This document shows, piece by piece, positions 8,988-17,917 of a stretch of DNA of 64,000 nt. Origin of the DNA: Candidatus Minusculum obligatum (GTDB taxonomy: Bacteria > Patescibacteriota > Minisyncoccia > Phycocordibacterales > Phycocordibacteraceae); contig DCYT01000001.1 in assembly GCA_002331145.1 (NCBI GenBank), forward strand, positions 90,002 to 154,001, in the 5' to 3' direction. Within the stretch, counting starts at the first letter, position 1. Every line of letters begins with the position of its first letter. Below the pieces are notes generated by a model. It was not told the DNA's origin and ran no database searches. It was given only the letters and a program-made list of their open reading frames with translations. The position numbers and the translations under genes were made by a program.

Positions 8988-10255
8988 GTTGGCAAGTTTG
9001 CAGGAGGCTCTCCTGTTGATGACTGGATTCGTGGAAGCGTAGGAACTTCAATCGTTCGAGAAGGAATACGGAAAATTGTTGCAAGCTCTTCTACAGAAAG
9101 GACAAATGTATGGTCTACATCAGGAGCTCTAAAGAACCCTCGACGCTTATATTTTGTAAGGAGATGCGCTTTTACTTCGTCCTTCATTCTCTGACTCTCC
9201 CATGGATAGTCATCAAATTGCGTCATTCCTCCCTTTGGCTTAAATCCATTCAGGCTCTCTGAACTAAATTGCCTATATGCATTAATAAGTCCTGGAATCA
9301 TTGCCCCATTAAACTTATCCTGCTCTGCAATATAAATACCTCGCATCCCTACATCGTATGCAAGCTTGCTTGTATTTCTGTCCACTGCATCTACCGCACG
9401 CTTTTGATCTTCAGAGAGCATCACTGGCCCTTCACTTCCTTCAGCCTCCTTGGCTTCCTCTTTAATTTTTTTAATTTCTGCTGCCCCATCTTTCCTCCAG
9501 TCTTTTGTTGTTACCTGGATAACCATCTGAATCCATACTTGCTGCCCTTTCCCAACTGAACCCAAAAACTCAAGAACGTTTCCAAAAGGGTCTACCTTAA
9601 ACTCTTCTTTAGGATCTTTATCCAAACCATAGTCCACATATGTCTTAATTGGATATACATCATCTTTTGTAAGAGCATATTGCATTCCCCACACTCCATA
9701 CTTTTCTAAGTCAATTGGAAACCTAAGTGCATAATCATCCACCTCTACAATCTGAACTTCCGGGAACTGTCCATAGAAACTTGTCTCAATTGCATTTTGC
9801 ATCCCCTTCCTTCCCCACACAAAAAATCTAATCTGCCCTTCAAATGACACAAGCTCAAGAGAGTACGCTGGACGAAACTTTCCTAAAATGCTTCTATCCC
9901 AAAATGTTCCTTCTCCTCCTGCTCGGTGCATAGAAGCCAGTACTGTCTCCATAGCAAGTGGAGACTTTAGAACTTCTCGAGGAATCTTAAGCTCAAAAAG
10001 CTTTGTGTCTTGTTTACTCCACCAATATGCCTGGCGAAACTTCATCCACGTACCCCAGGTAATAACTCCAAGGAGTGGCGGTACCCACAGTGCCCAGAGA
10101 TGACCTGCAAGCAATACTCCCTGATACGTAGAATTTGGTGCTAGTGACCAAAGAATAAAAACAAATGCAAAAACAAGAACCGGTGCCACATAAAATGGAA
10201 TCGGTATCCCAACAAAGGTAAATACTGGTTCTTTTGCTGTACTAAAAACACCCAC
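8984..10255 (-). CDS. Large membrane-anchored hypothetical protein (GTG start)
   Basis: The 423-aa ORF has two N-terminal hydrophobic helices. The start codon is GTG when read from the sequence. I recognise no domain. Confidence 0.55.
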   Translation of the reverse strand: MGVFSTAKEPVFTFVGIPIPFYVAPVLVFAFVFILWSLAPNSTYQGVLLAGHLWALWVPPLLGVITWGTWMKFRQAYWWSKQDTKLFELKIPREVLKSPLAMETVLASMHRAGGEGTFWDRSILGKFRPAYSLELVSFEGQIRFFVWGRKGMQNAIETSFYGQFPEVQIVEVDDYALRFPIDLEKYGVWGMQYALTKDDVYPIKTYVDYGLDKDPKEEFKVDPFGNVLEFLGSVGKGQQVWIQMVIQVTTKDWRKDGAAEIKKIKEEAKEAEGSEGPVMLSEDQKRAVDAVDRNTSKLAYDVGMRGIYIAEQDKFNGAMIPGLINAYRQFSSESLNGFKPKGGMTQFDDYPWESQRMKDEVKAHLLTKYKRRGFFRAPDVDHTFVLSVEELATIFRIPSRTIEVPTLPRIQSSTGEPPANLPT

Positions 10256-10303
10256 GTTGGGCTTATGATAGCACTTACGTGGGTGTTTTTTACCTTCTCC
10301 TTA

Positions 10304-11341
10304 TTAGACTAGTGAATATGTCCCGTCTGTATTTCGCTTGAACACTTTTCGATCGTTTAGGTTTACAAGAATAGTATTGTCCTTCACGTATCGCTCCTTC
10401 TTTACTCGATCGATAATCTCTTCTCGAGTAAGTGGGCCTTCTCGCTCAATAAGCTCTCGTAGTACATCTCGTACAACTCCTGTCTTGTATCCCCACTCCT
10501 TAAGAGCGTAAAGTCCTCGTCCAACAAGAACAAATCGAGAGTCCTTAATTAGTTCATTGTGACATGTTGCAACATGTGCACGTCGATCAAATAGCTCAGC
10601 AATTGCAGATGCTACTTCGCTGAAGTGCATTGGAGATCCATGACGCTTCATTGCAAGATATGCAAAGTCTCGGATTCCTTTAGCTCGAATAGCAGAAGAA
10701 CTAACTCGTCCCCACTCTCCTAGGGGGTTTCGATCTAAATTCTTAAACATTGAAAGCCATCGCTTTAGCATCTCTTCCTTCTTATACTCTTCATTTAGAT
10801 CCTGAAGATTCTCAAGGAATCGATCAATAAGCTCTGCCTCGTTTAGGATTTCATCTCCAGGGATAGTCTTGTATAGACTCTGAAGTGCACCCTCAACAGA
10901 TGAAGCAACACTCTCATCTACATGCCATCGCGCTTTAAACTCTGGAGTCTCCTTTGCCTGTACAAAAAATTCACCAAGTACAAGTAGAAGGTGTACGTGG
11001 TTTTGAATACTTGGAGTTGACCCAACTGCATCAAGAAGATCGTTCTCAGAAACAATGCATCCCATATCCTTGATAACTCCCTGCAGTTCAGTAAATACAG
11101 CCTCATCAGTCTTCATCTGATCTGACTTTCGAATAGCATCAAGACTGTGATTCTCAATCTGTCGTACACGCTCACGTGTAATACCGTATTCCTGTCCAAT
11201 AGCCTCAAGCGTTGCTTGCTTCGTACTCTTTCCAAGTCCAAAACGAAGCGTCAAAACTTCTTTTGATCGCTCAGGTAGTGCAGACAGAAGGTGGCGAACC
11301 ACCTTCTTAGGGTCGTGCGCAAGTTGTATCTTGCTTGTCAT
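10304..11341 (-). CDS. Sigma-70 region-4-like HTH domain protein
   Basis: The N-terminal block (SKEVLTLRFGLGKSTKQATLEAIGQEYGITRERVRQIENHSLDAIRK) resembles sigma region 4. The remainder is unassigned. Confidence 0.6.
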   Translation of the reverse strand: MTSKIQLAHDPKKVVRHLLSALPERSKEVLTLRFGLGKSTKQATLEAIGQEYGITRERVRQIENHSLDAIRKSDQMKTDEAVFTELQGVIKDMGCIVSENDLLDAVGSTPSIQNHVHLLLVLGEFFVQAKETPEFKARWHVDESVASSVEGALQSLYKTIPGDEILNEAELIDRFLENLQDLNEEYKKEEMLKRWLSMFKNLDRNPLGEWGRVSSSAIRAKGIRDFAYLAMKRHGSPMHFSEVASAIAELFDRRAHVATCHNELIKDSRFVLVGRGLYALKEWGYKTGVVRDVLRELIEREGPLTREEIIDRVKKERYVKDNTILVNLNDRKVFKRNTDGTYSLV

Positions 11342-11375
11342 ATAAAGCTATTTGTACAGCACTCTTGACTTTCTG

Positions 11376-13760
11376 TCAAGTAATCAGGATGTTGATAATC
11401 CGGCCAGGTACAAAGATCACCTTTTTAATCTCTGAATCACCGATATAAGCGCTTAACTTATCGTTATTTTTTACTAATTCAAGTGCATCATCTTCACTTA
11501 TATCTTGAGCCACTTCTATAGCCCCCCTACTCTTTCCGCCTATTTGCACCGCCAACATTACTGTTGCAGCCTCCAAAACCTTAGAATCAGCTTCCGGCCA
11601 TTTTGCGTGATCAATAAATCCTTCTCCCCCTATCTTCTCCCACAACTCTTGAGAGACATGTGGCGCAAACGGAGCAAGAAGCAATAGCAATGTTTTGTAC
11701 ACCTCATCAGCTACAGACTCCTCTTTTTCAAGAATATTAATAAGACCCATAAGAGATGCTAGAGATGTGTGGAACTTTGCCTCTGGCAAATCACGACTCA
11801 CCTTTTCAATTGTTTTCTGAAGCTCAAGATTTACTTCATCTGTTACCTCTCCTCCAAGCTTTGAAGATAGTGTGTACACACGATCCAAGAATCGCCTGAT
11901 TCCTGCAATTGATTGTGGATCCCACGGATAAAATCCTGTCTCATTGTATGGGCCAATGAATGCTAGATAACTCTTGATAGTATCTGCTCCGTACTTCTCT
12001 ACTAAATCATCAGGGTTAATTACATTCCCTTTACTCTTGCTCATTTTATTTCCATCAGGCCCTAGGATAAGTCCTCTGTTCATTCGAACTCTAAACGGCT
12101 CCTCAGCTGGAACAACCTCCATATCGAATAGCGCCTTGTTAATGAATCGTGAATACAGCACATGAAGTGTTGTGTGCTCACTTCCTCCAGAATACCGATC
12201 AATTGGCATCCACTGCTTTAGAATATCTTTATCAGCTAGAGCATTCTCATTCTTTGGATCAAGGTATCGATAGAAATACCATGAAGAGTCCATGAAGGTA
12301 TCAAGTGTCTCAATCTCTGGCGTCCAGCCCTCTCCAAAAATCTTTTCTGTTCGCTCTTTAAGCTCTTCACTCTTTGCAAGTGGAGCTACTCCTGTAGGCG
12401 TAAAGTCCACATCCGTTGGAAGTGTCCATGGAAGATGCTCTTTCGGGATCGCATGAGGATTTCCTTCTGGATCGTACACAATAGGAATGGGACATCCCCA
12501 GTACCGTTGACGACCAATAGACCAGTCCCTTAGGCGATATGTTGTTTTCATTTCTCCTCCTGCAGCTTTCGCTAACTTCTCTCGGGCATTATGCGTTGTC
12601 TCAGTATCAAATTCTCCTGAGTTCATCAAAACTCCCTCTCCGCTATATGGAATCTCTTCTTCTTTCTTTGTGTCTACTACAGGGATAATTTCAAGATCAT
12701 ACTTTGTTGCAAATGCATGATCTCGCTCATCGTGCGCTGGCACCCCCATAACAACTCCTGTTCCATAATTTCCAAGTACATAATCTGCTACATACACAGG
12801 AATCTCCTTTTTAGAAATAGGATGAGTTGCTACAAGTGGAGTCTTCACTCCTGTCTTTTCTTTATTTGCCTCTCGATCTCGAGCGGGCTTGCTTACTGAC
12901 TTTAGAGCGTACTCTTTTACATCCTCTCCAAGATCCCACCCATCTTCGATAAGTTCTTTTGCTCGCTCTGGTGCGATAGTTACGAACGTAACTCCCATAA
13001 GAGTATCCGCCCGTGTTGTAAAGACACTAGTATTCCAACTCTTCCCATTGTGAGAGAGAACAAAAGGAATCTCAGCACCATGAGATCTTCCAATCCAATT
13101 GCGCTGTGCATCTTTAATTTCCTCCGGCCAATCAAGATCATCTAGATCATCAATCAAACGATCAGCATAGTCAGTAATCTTAAAGAACCACTGATTCATG
13201 AGCTTCTGCTCAACCAATGCGCCAGATCTCTCTCCTGTTCCATCAGGCAATACCTGCTCATTTGCAAGCACTGTCTTATCTACCGGATCCCAATTAACTG
13301 TTGCCTCCTTTTTATACGCAAGATCTTTTGCAAAGAGTTGTGTAAAGATCCACTGTGTCCATTTGTAATAGCCAGGATCTGCAGTTACAACCTCTCGATC
13401 CCAATCAAAACTATTTCCCATTGAACGTAACTGCTTATGCATTCGCTCAATATTTTGAAAGGTCCATTCCTTTGGATCTTCTCCATGCTTAATAGCTGCA
13501 TTCTCTGCAGGAAGTCCAAATGCATCAAATCCAATTGGATAGAGAACATCTTTTCCATTCATACGAAGATACCGCGCATAAATATCTGGCACCGCAAATG
13601 CAAACCAATGCCCGACATGTAGATCTCCTGATGGGTATGGGAATTCAACCAAAAGATACGCTTTGTCTTTTGCGCTTTCTGTGTCAACGGCATAGAGCCC
13701 AGCTTCCTGCCAGGCTTCCTGCCATTTCTTTTCTATATCTTTATGGTTGTAACCTTCCAT
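11376..13760 (-). CDS. leuS: Leucyl-tRNA synthetase
   Basis: It has the HIGH-type motif (HVGHWFAFAVPDIYARYLRMNGKDVLYPIGFDAFGLP) and the KMSKSKGN motif. It is 794 aa. Confidence 0.95.
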   Translation of the reverse strand: MEGYNHKDIEKKWQEAWQEAGLYAVDTESAKDKAYLLVEFPYPSGDLHVGHWFAFAVPDIYARYLRMNGKDVLYPIGFDAFGLPAENAAIKHGEDPKEWTFQNIERMHKQLRSMGNSFDWDREVVTADPGYYKWTQWIFTQLFAKDLAYKKEATVNWDPVDKTVLANEQVLPDGTGERSGALVEQKLMNQWFFKITDYADRLIDDLDDLDWPEEIKDAQRNWIGRSHGAEIPFVLSHNGKSWNTSVFTTRADTLMGVTFVTIAPERAKELIEDGWDLGEDVKEYALKSVSKPARDREANKEKTGVKTPLVATHPISKKEIPVYVADYVLGNYGTGVVMGVPAHDERDHAFATKYDLEIIPVVDTKKEEEIPYSGEGVLMNSGEFDTETTHNAREKLAKAAGGEMKTTYRLRDWSIGRQRYWGCPIPIVYDPEGNPHAIPKEHLPWTLPTDVDFTPTGVAPLAKSEELKERTEKIFGEGWTPEIETLDTFMDSSWYFYRYLDPKNENALADKDILKQWMPIDRYSGGSEHTTLHVLYSRFINKALFDMEVVPAEEPFRVRMNRGLILGPDGNKMSKSKGNVINPDDLVEKYGADTIKSYLAFIGPYNETGFYPWDPQSIAGIRRFLDRVYTLSSKLGGEVTDEVNLELQKTIEKVSRDLPEAKFHTSLASLMGLINILEKEESVADEVYKTLLLLLAPFAPHVSQELWEKIGGEGFIDHAKWPEADSKVLEAATVMLAVQIGGKSRGAIEVAQDISEDDALELVKNNDKLSAYIGDSEIKKVIFVPGRIINILIT

Positions 13761-14281
13761 TAATCTTTGAACTTTCGATACGCAATGATAAGTACGAGCA
13801 CGAGAGCCGCACCTACTGCGAGGATCTGTGTAAGTTGATCAAGATCCCCAAGATATCGCATTCCAGATGTAATAAGTAGCACCACTCCACCATATGAGAG
13901 TCCTGCCGCAACAATACTTGAACCTTTTAGGAACATTCCAAGAATAATTGCTGCTGCACCTACTACAAGAAGTATAAGGAATGAAGTTTGAGCATGATCC
14001 ACTCGAGCATCATCATATGCCATTGAGCATTCATAATTTAGATCACAGTACCCAAGAGGACCTTCTTTAGGAGCTGTTCCTTGGTATGCATTCCACTTTC
14101 CTTCATTTTCAAGACACTGAGATTCAGTTTCAATAATTCCTACATTCTCCCGCTCACAAAAATCATTAAATTCAGGCTCAGGAAATGCATAAGAGACACT
14201 AATAAATGAGAACACGTTTAGGAGCACTACAATTCCTATAAGTACTGCCCATCGAACGAATTTTGGTGGTTGATTTTCCAT
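13760..14281 (-). CDS. Multi-pass membrane hypothetical protein
   Basis: The 173-aa ORF has hydrophobic N- and C-terminal segments. Confidence 0.55.
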   Translation of the reverse strand: MENQPPKFVRWAVLIGIVVLLNVFSFISVSYAFPEPEFNDFCERENVGIIETESQCLENEGKWNAYQGTAPKEGPLGYCDLNYECSMAYDDARVDHAQTSFLILLVVGAAAIILGMFLKGSSIVAAGLSYGGVVLLITSGMRYLGDLDQLTQILAVGAALVLVLIIAYRKFKD

Positions 14282-14371
14282 ATACCTTCATAGTACAAGC
14301 TATATACAAAATGAAAAGCCCACCGTCTGCGTTCTGCAGTTGGTGGACTGTTTTGCGCGCTTTTGCGCGAC

Positions 14372-14842
14372 TTAAAGACTGTTGATCACTTCCAGGTAGC
14401 CTTCACGATTCTGGCGAACCAGATGTTGGATCTGGGTGGTCACATTGTGAATCCGACGACTAGCATCTTCGTGCCGGTCATACGGACCAGAAGACATCGT
14501 CTGAAACCACGTAATGTTGTTCCCGTGGAAATCATATACGTCGAAGTGAATTTCGACTTCTGTACGATTTCCTTCGTGACGATATTCTTGCTTCCGCACA
14601 ACGATGCGGAAGTCATGCCAGTCACCGCAGCTCACAAGGTAAGCGTCGGAGTCTTGAATGATCGCAGCCATTTCTTCCCGAGCGGCAGTGCTGTTCGTTT
14701 CCAAACAGACATACGCTTGAGAAGCGTTTCCATCAGCCCACGAATGTGGGGCGATTTTGGGCGAAACCATGATGATCAGAAAGATGACTGTCGCCACAAT
14801 AGCAAACAGAAAATCTTTTGGGGTCAGTTTTTGAAAGTTCAT
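14372..14842 (-). CDS. Signal-anchored hypothetical protein encoded on a short GC-rich insert
   Basis: The minus-strand ORF has an N-terminal TM segment (FLFAIVATVIFLIIMV) and a sensible composition, whereas the overlapping plus-strand ORF looks like a shadow. Hairpin terminators lie at 14318..14369. G+C is visibly elevated locally. Confidence 0.5.
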   Translation of the reverse strand: MNFQKLTPKDFLFAIVATVIFLIIMVSPKIAPHSWADGNASQAYVCLETNSTAAREEMAAIIQDSDAYLVSCGDWHDFRIVVRKQEYRHEGNRTEVEIHFDVYDFHGNNITWFQTMSSGPYDRHEDASRRIHNVTTQIQHLVRQNREGYLEVINSL

Positions 14843-14900
14843 TTTGCCCTCCCTAGGCAATACCACAACAGACTTTATTATACCATTCCTACGCTTACTG

Positions 14901-16001
14901 TCAAGAGTGTAGAAATACCATTACGTCCCCATCTTGCACTATATATTCCTTCCCTTCAGTACGAACTTTCCCTAATTCTCGTGCTTTTCCATAGCTCCCT
15001 GCTTCTAGAAGCTCTTCTGTTCCAATAACCTCAGCTCGAATAAACTTATCTTTAAAATCATTATGGATTGCAGCTCCTGCAATAGGTGCAGAACTCCCCT
15101 TTTTAATAGTCCACGCACGAGTCTCTGTGTCTCCTGTAGTAAAAAATGTCATGAGCCCCAAGATCTCATAACTCTTTCGAATAAGGTCAACAAGACCATC
15201 TCCCTGAGCTCCTAACTCTTGCCTAAATGAATCTTTGTCTTCATCTGCAACATCATTTAAATCACGCTCTGTCTGCGCATCCATAATTACATACTGCCCT
15301 CCCTGCTCCTTTATATAGTCAAAAGCCTTCTCTGCTCGCCCATCATTTAACTCCTGTAGGTTGTGTCCTCCAGTTTTTGTATTAAGCGCATAAAGCATTG
15401 GCTTGTATGTAAGAAATGCCATCTGCTTTACAAAAGGAGTCTCCTCTTCGGTAAACTCAAGAGCTCGAACAGGTGTACTCTCACGAAGAGCATGAAGAAT
15501 TTTCTTCATTACCTCCTCCTCTGCAACAGCATCCTTATCTCCCCGCTTTACATCTCGCTCCAACTTCTGCAAACGATTATTTACCTGCTCTAGGTCAGAG
15601 AGCATAAGCTCAAGGTTAATAACCTCCATATCTTTAATAGGATCAATGTCTCCTGATACGTGTGTAATATCAGAATCATCAAAGAAACGTACAGTATGCA
15701 AAATTGCATCTACCTCTCGAATATTAGAAAGGAACTTATTTCCAAGACCCTCTCCCTCTGATGCTCCCTTTACAAGCCCTGCAATATCTACAAACTCAAC
15801 AACCGCTGGAATTGTTTTCTCTGAATTTGAAAATTGAGAAAGTTTATCAATGCGAGAATCAGGAACAGGAACAACTCCAACAGAAGGATCAATGGTGCAG
15901 AAAGGATAGTTCTCTACCGCCACGTCATGTTTTGTGAGTGCACAAAAGAGCGTGGATTTTCCCACGTTTGGTAGACCAACGATTCCCATCTTAAGTGACA
16001 T
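14901..16001 (-). CDS. ychF: Ribosome-binding ATPase YchF
   Basis: It has the P-loop motif (MGIVGLPNVGKSTLF) and the C-terminal TGS region. Confidence 0.95.
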   Translation of the reverse strand: MSLKMGIVGLPNVGKSTLFCALTKHDVAVENYPFCTIDPSVGVVPVPDSRIDKLSQFSNSEKTIPAVVEFVDIAGLVKGASEGEGLGNKFLSNIREVDAILHTVRFFDDSDITHVSGDIDPIKDMEVINLELMLSDLEQVNNRLQKLERDVKRGDKDAVAEEEVMKKILHALRESTPVRALEFTEEETPFVKQMAFLTYKPMLYALNTKTGGHNLQELNDGRAEKAFDYIKEQGGQYVIMDAQTERDLNDVADEDKDSFRQELGAQGDGLVDLIRKSYEILGLMTFFTTGDTETRAWTIKKGSSAPIAGAAIHNDFKDKFIRAEVIGTEELLEAGSYGKARELGKVRTEGKEYIVQDGDVMVFLHS

Positions 16002-16017
16002 AGATGTAGGTTGTACT

Positions 16018-16269
16018 CTATCCTTGCAACTCTTGCAATTCTTTTTGGTACTTCTTCATTACCTCAATACTTGCCTTCATCTGGTCTTCTCCTCCTTTCT
16101 TTACCCGATGATTGATCTCTTCCCCAATTTTCTTAAACAAATCTGGGTTCTTTTGAACCATTTCAATCATCTTCTCCTGCTGCTCAGCAGGAACATCCTT
16201 CATCTGATGCTTCATCAACTGTCGTGTGAAAAAATTCTTTAACATGGCAGGAGTATAGCATGTAGACAC
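16018..16269 (-). CDS. Small charged hypothetical protein
   Basis: The 83-aa ORF is K/E-rich. Confidence 0.4.
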   Translation of the reverse strand: MSTCYTPAMLKNFFTRQLMKHQMKDVPAEQQEKMIEMVQKNPDLFKKIGEEINHRVKKGGEDQMKASIEVMKKYQKELQELQG

Positions 16270-16338
16270 AATGCAGAAATCCTTTACTAAAATCCTAATT
16301 TATTGTATTATTCTGCCATTAATTTCTAGGTAAAACAC

Positions 16339-17916
16339 ATGAAGTACGTAAGAAAAATTGCATTACTTGTGCGATCAATAGTTGCACGATTTAAGAGCGC
16401 TCGGCGTCGGACAAAGATCATTATCCTCGCTGTAGGGGCTTTTATACTTATTGGTATCGGAGCAAGCACTCTCTTTGGAGGAAGTAAGACTCCAGAAGAG
16501 CTTGCTAACGCAACTCCTATTGTTGAACTAAAGTCAGCACGAGAAATTGCAACAACACTTGATCCCCTACCACTTGTAGGGACAGTTCGATCTGCAACAG
16601 AGGCAACAATTCTAACTGAAGCAAGCGGACGAGTTATCGGTGTGTATCGATCACTTGGACAATTTGTTTCTCGAGGAGCAATTATTGCTGAGATTGAAAG
16701 CTCTTCAGAGCGAGCACAAGTACTTCAAGCTGAGGCAAACCTAGCTCGTGTTCTAGAATCTTCAGAAGATCAGCAAATTGAATCTGCTGCTGCAGGACTT
16801 GCAACTGCAAAGGAGTCTTCTCTTACAACACTTCTTTCAGCATATGCGACGGTGCAAAGCGCTATTCGCCAGGAAGCTGACCAGACATTTACCAACCCAA
16901 CAACAAGCGCTGCAGAATATGTACTTCTTACAAGCGATAGCGCACTAGAAAATACTATCGAGGGAGAGCGTGTTGGCATTCAACTTATTCTTTCACGACA
17001 GCAAAACTCTGGAGCAATACTAACAACAGAAAGTAACCTGGATGGAGAACTTTCTATTGCTATTGATGAGCTAAAAGACGTTCGAGCATACTTAGACCTT
17101 ATTGTTGATTCTCTAACAAAGGCTATTCCGGACAATACCTACAGCGCATCTGATATTTCTGGATTCAAAACAAGCATCAGCGCAGCACGTACAAGCGTAA
17201 CCACATCTATTAGCACTCTTGCTGCAAGCACTGAGACCCTTGCCGCAAAACGAGCTGCAAATGAGGTTGCGGAGAACAATCTAGAAAACAGTACTGCTGG
17301 AGAAAAGCGTCAGGATGTACTGCAGGCTGAAGCATCTCTTGCTGCGGCACGAGCAACACTTGAGAAGAAAATTATCCGCGCACCTTTTGCCGGATCACTT
17401 AATGCACTGAATATCGAGCTTGGACAGTTTGTTGGAGCGTTTGAGCCTGCAGCCACTGTTGCAAACAACAACTTGCTTGAGATTCGTGCATACGTGACAC
17501 AGCGCGACAAAGAATTTGTAGCACCAGGACTTGAAGTTGCATCACGAGATGGAATCACTGGAGTTATTACTTCTGTTGCTCCAGCACTTGACCCTGTTAC
17601 AAAGCGTATTGAGGTACGAATTGCACTCAATAATTCAGATGCCATTACCAATGGACAGTCTGTACGACTTCTTGTTGAGCGAACAAATGAAGAGGTAGAG
17701 GTTACAACTCCAGCTGTCCCTCTAACGGCAATTTCATTTATTGGAAATGATCCTCATGTTCTTACAGTGGATCAAGAAGAAACTCTTATCGCACTCCCTG
17801 TAGAGCTTGGCGTAATCCTTGGAGATCAGGTTGAGATTGAAGGAATTGATCTTGATACCAAAGTCGTCGTAGATGCTCGAGGATTCCTTGCAGGAGATAA
17901 GGTAGACGTAAAATAA
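16339..17916 (+). CDS. RND efflux periplasmic adaptor (membrane fusion protein)
   Basis: It has an N-terminal TM segment, coiled-coil-like A/E/Q-rich repeats and a beta-barrel-like C-terminus. It abuts the downstream RND permease, with the stop and start 2 nt apart. Confidence 0.75.
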   Translation: MKYVRKIALLVRSIVARFKSARRRTKIIILAVGAFILIGIGASTLFGGSKTPEELANATPIVELKSAREIATTLDPLPLVGTVRSATEATILTEASGRVIGVYRSLGQFVSRGAIIAEIESSSERAQVLQAEANLARVLESSEDQQIESAAAGLATAKESSLTTLLSAYATVQSAIRQEADQTFTNPTTSAAEYVLLTSDSALENTIEGERVGIQLILSRQQNSGAILTTESNLDGELSIAIDELKDVRAYLDLIVDSLTKAIPDNTYSASDISGFKTSISAARTSVTTSISTLAASTETLAAKRAANEVAENNLENSTAGEKRQDVLQAEASLAAARATLEKKIIRAPFAGSLNALNIELGQFVGAFEPAATVANNNLLEIRAYVTQRDKEFVAPGLEVASRDGITGVITSVAPALDPVTKRIEVRIALNNSDAITNGQSVRLLVERTNEEVEVTTPAVPLTAISFIGNDPHVLTVDQEETLIALPVELGVILGDQVEIEGIDLDTKVVVDARGFLAGDKVDVK

Positions 17917-17917
17917 T

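Noticed and set aside
14363-15028. Plus-strand 221-aa ORF
   Set aside because: It is a shadow of the minus-strand gene 14372..14842 and runs into ychF antisense. The translation looks like low-complexity junk, whereas the minus-strand product has a clean signal anchor.
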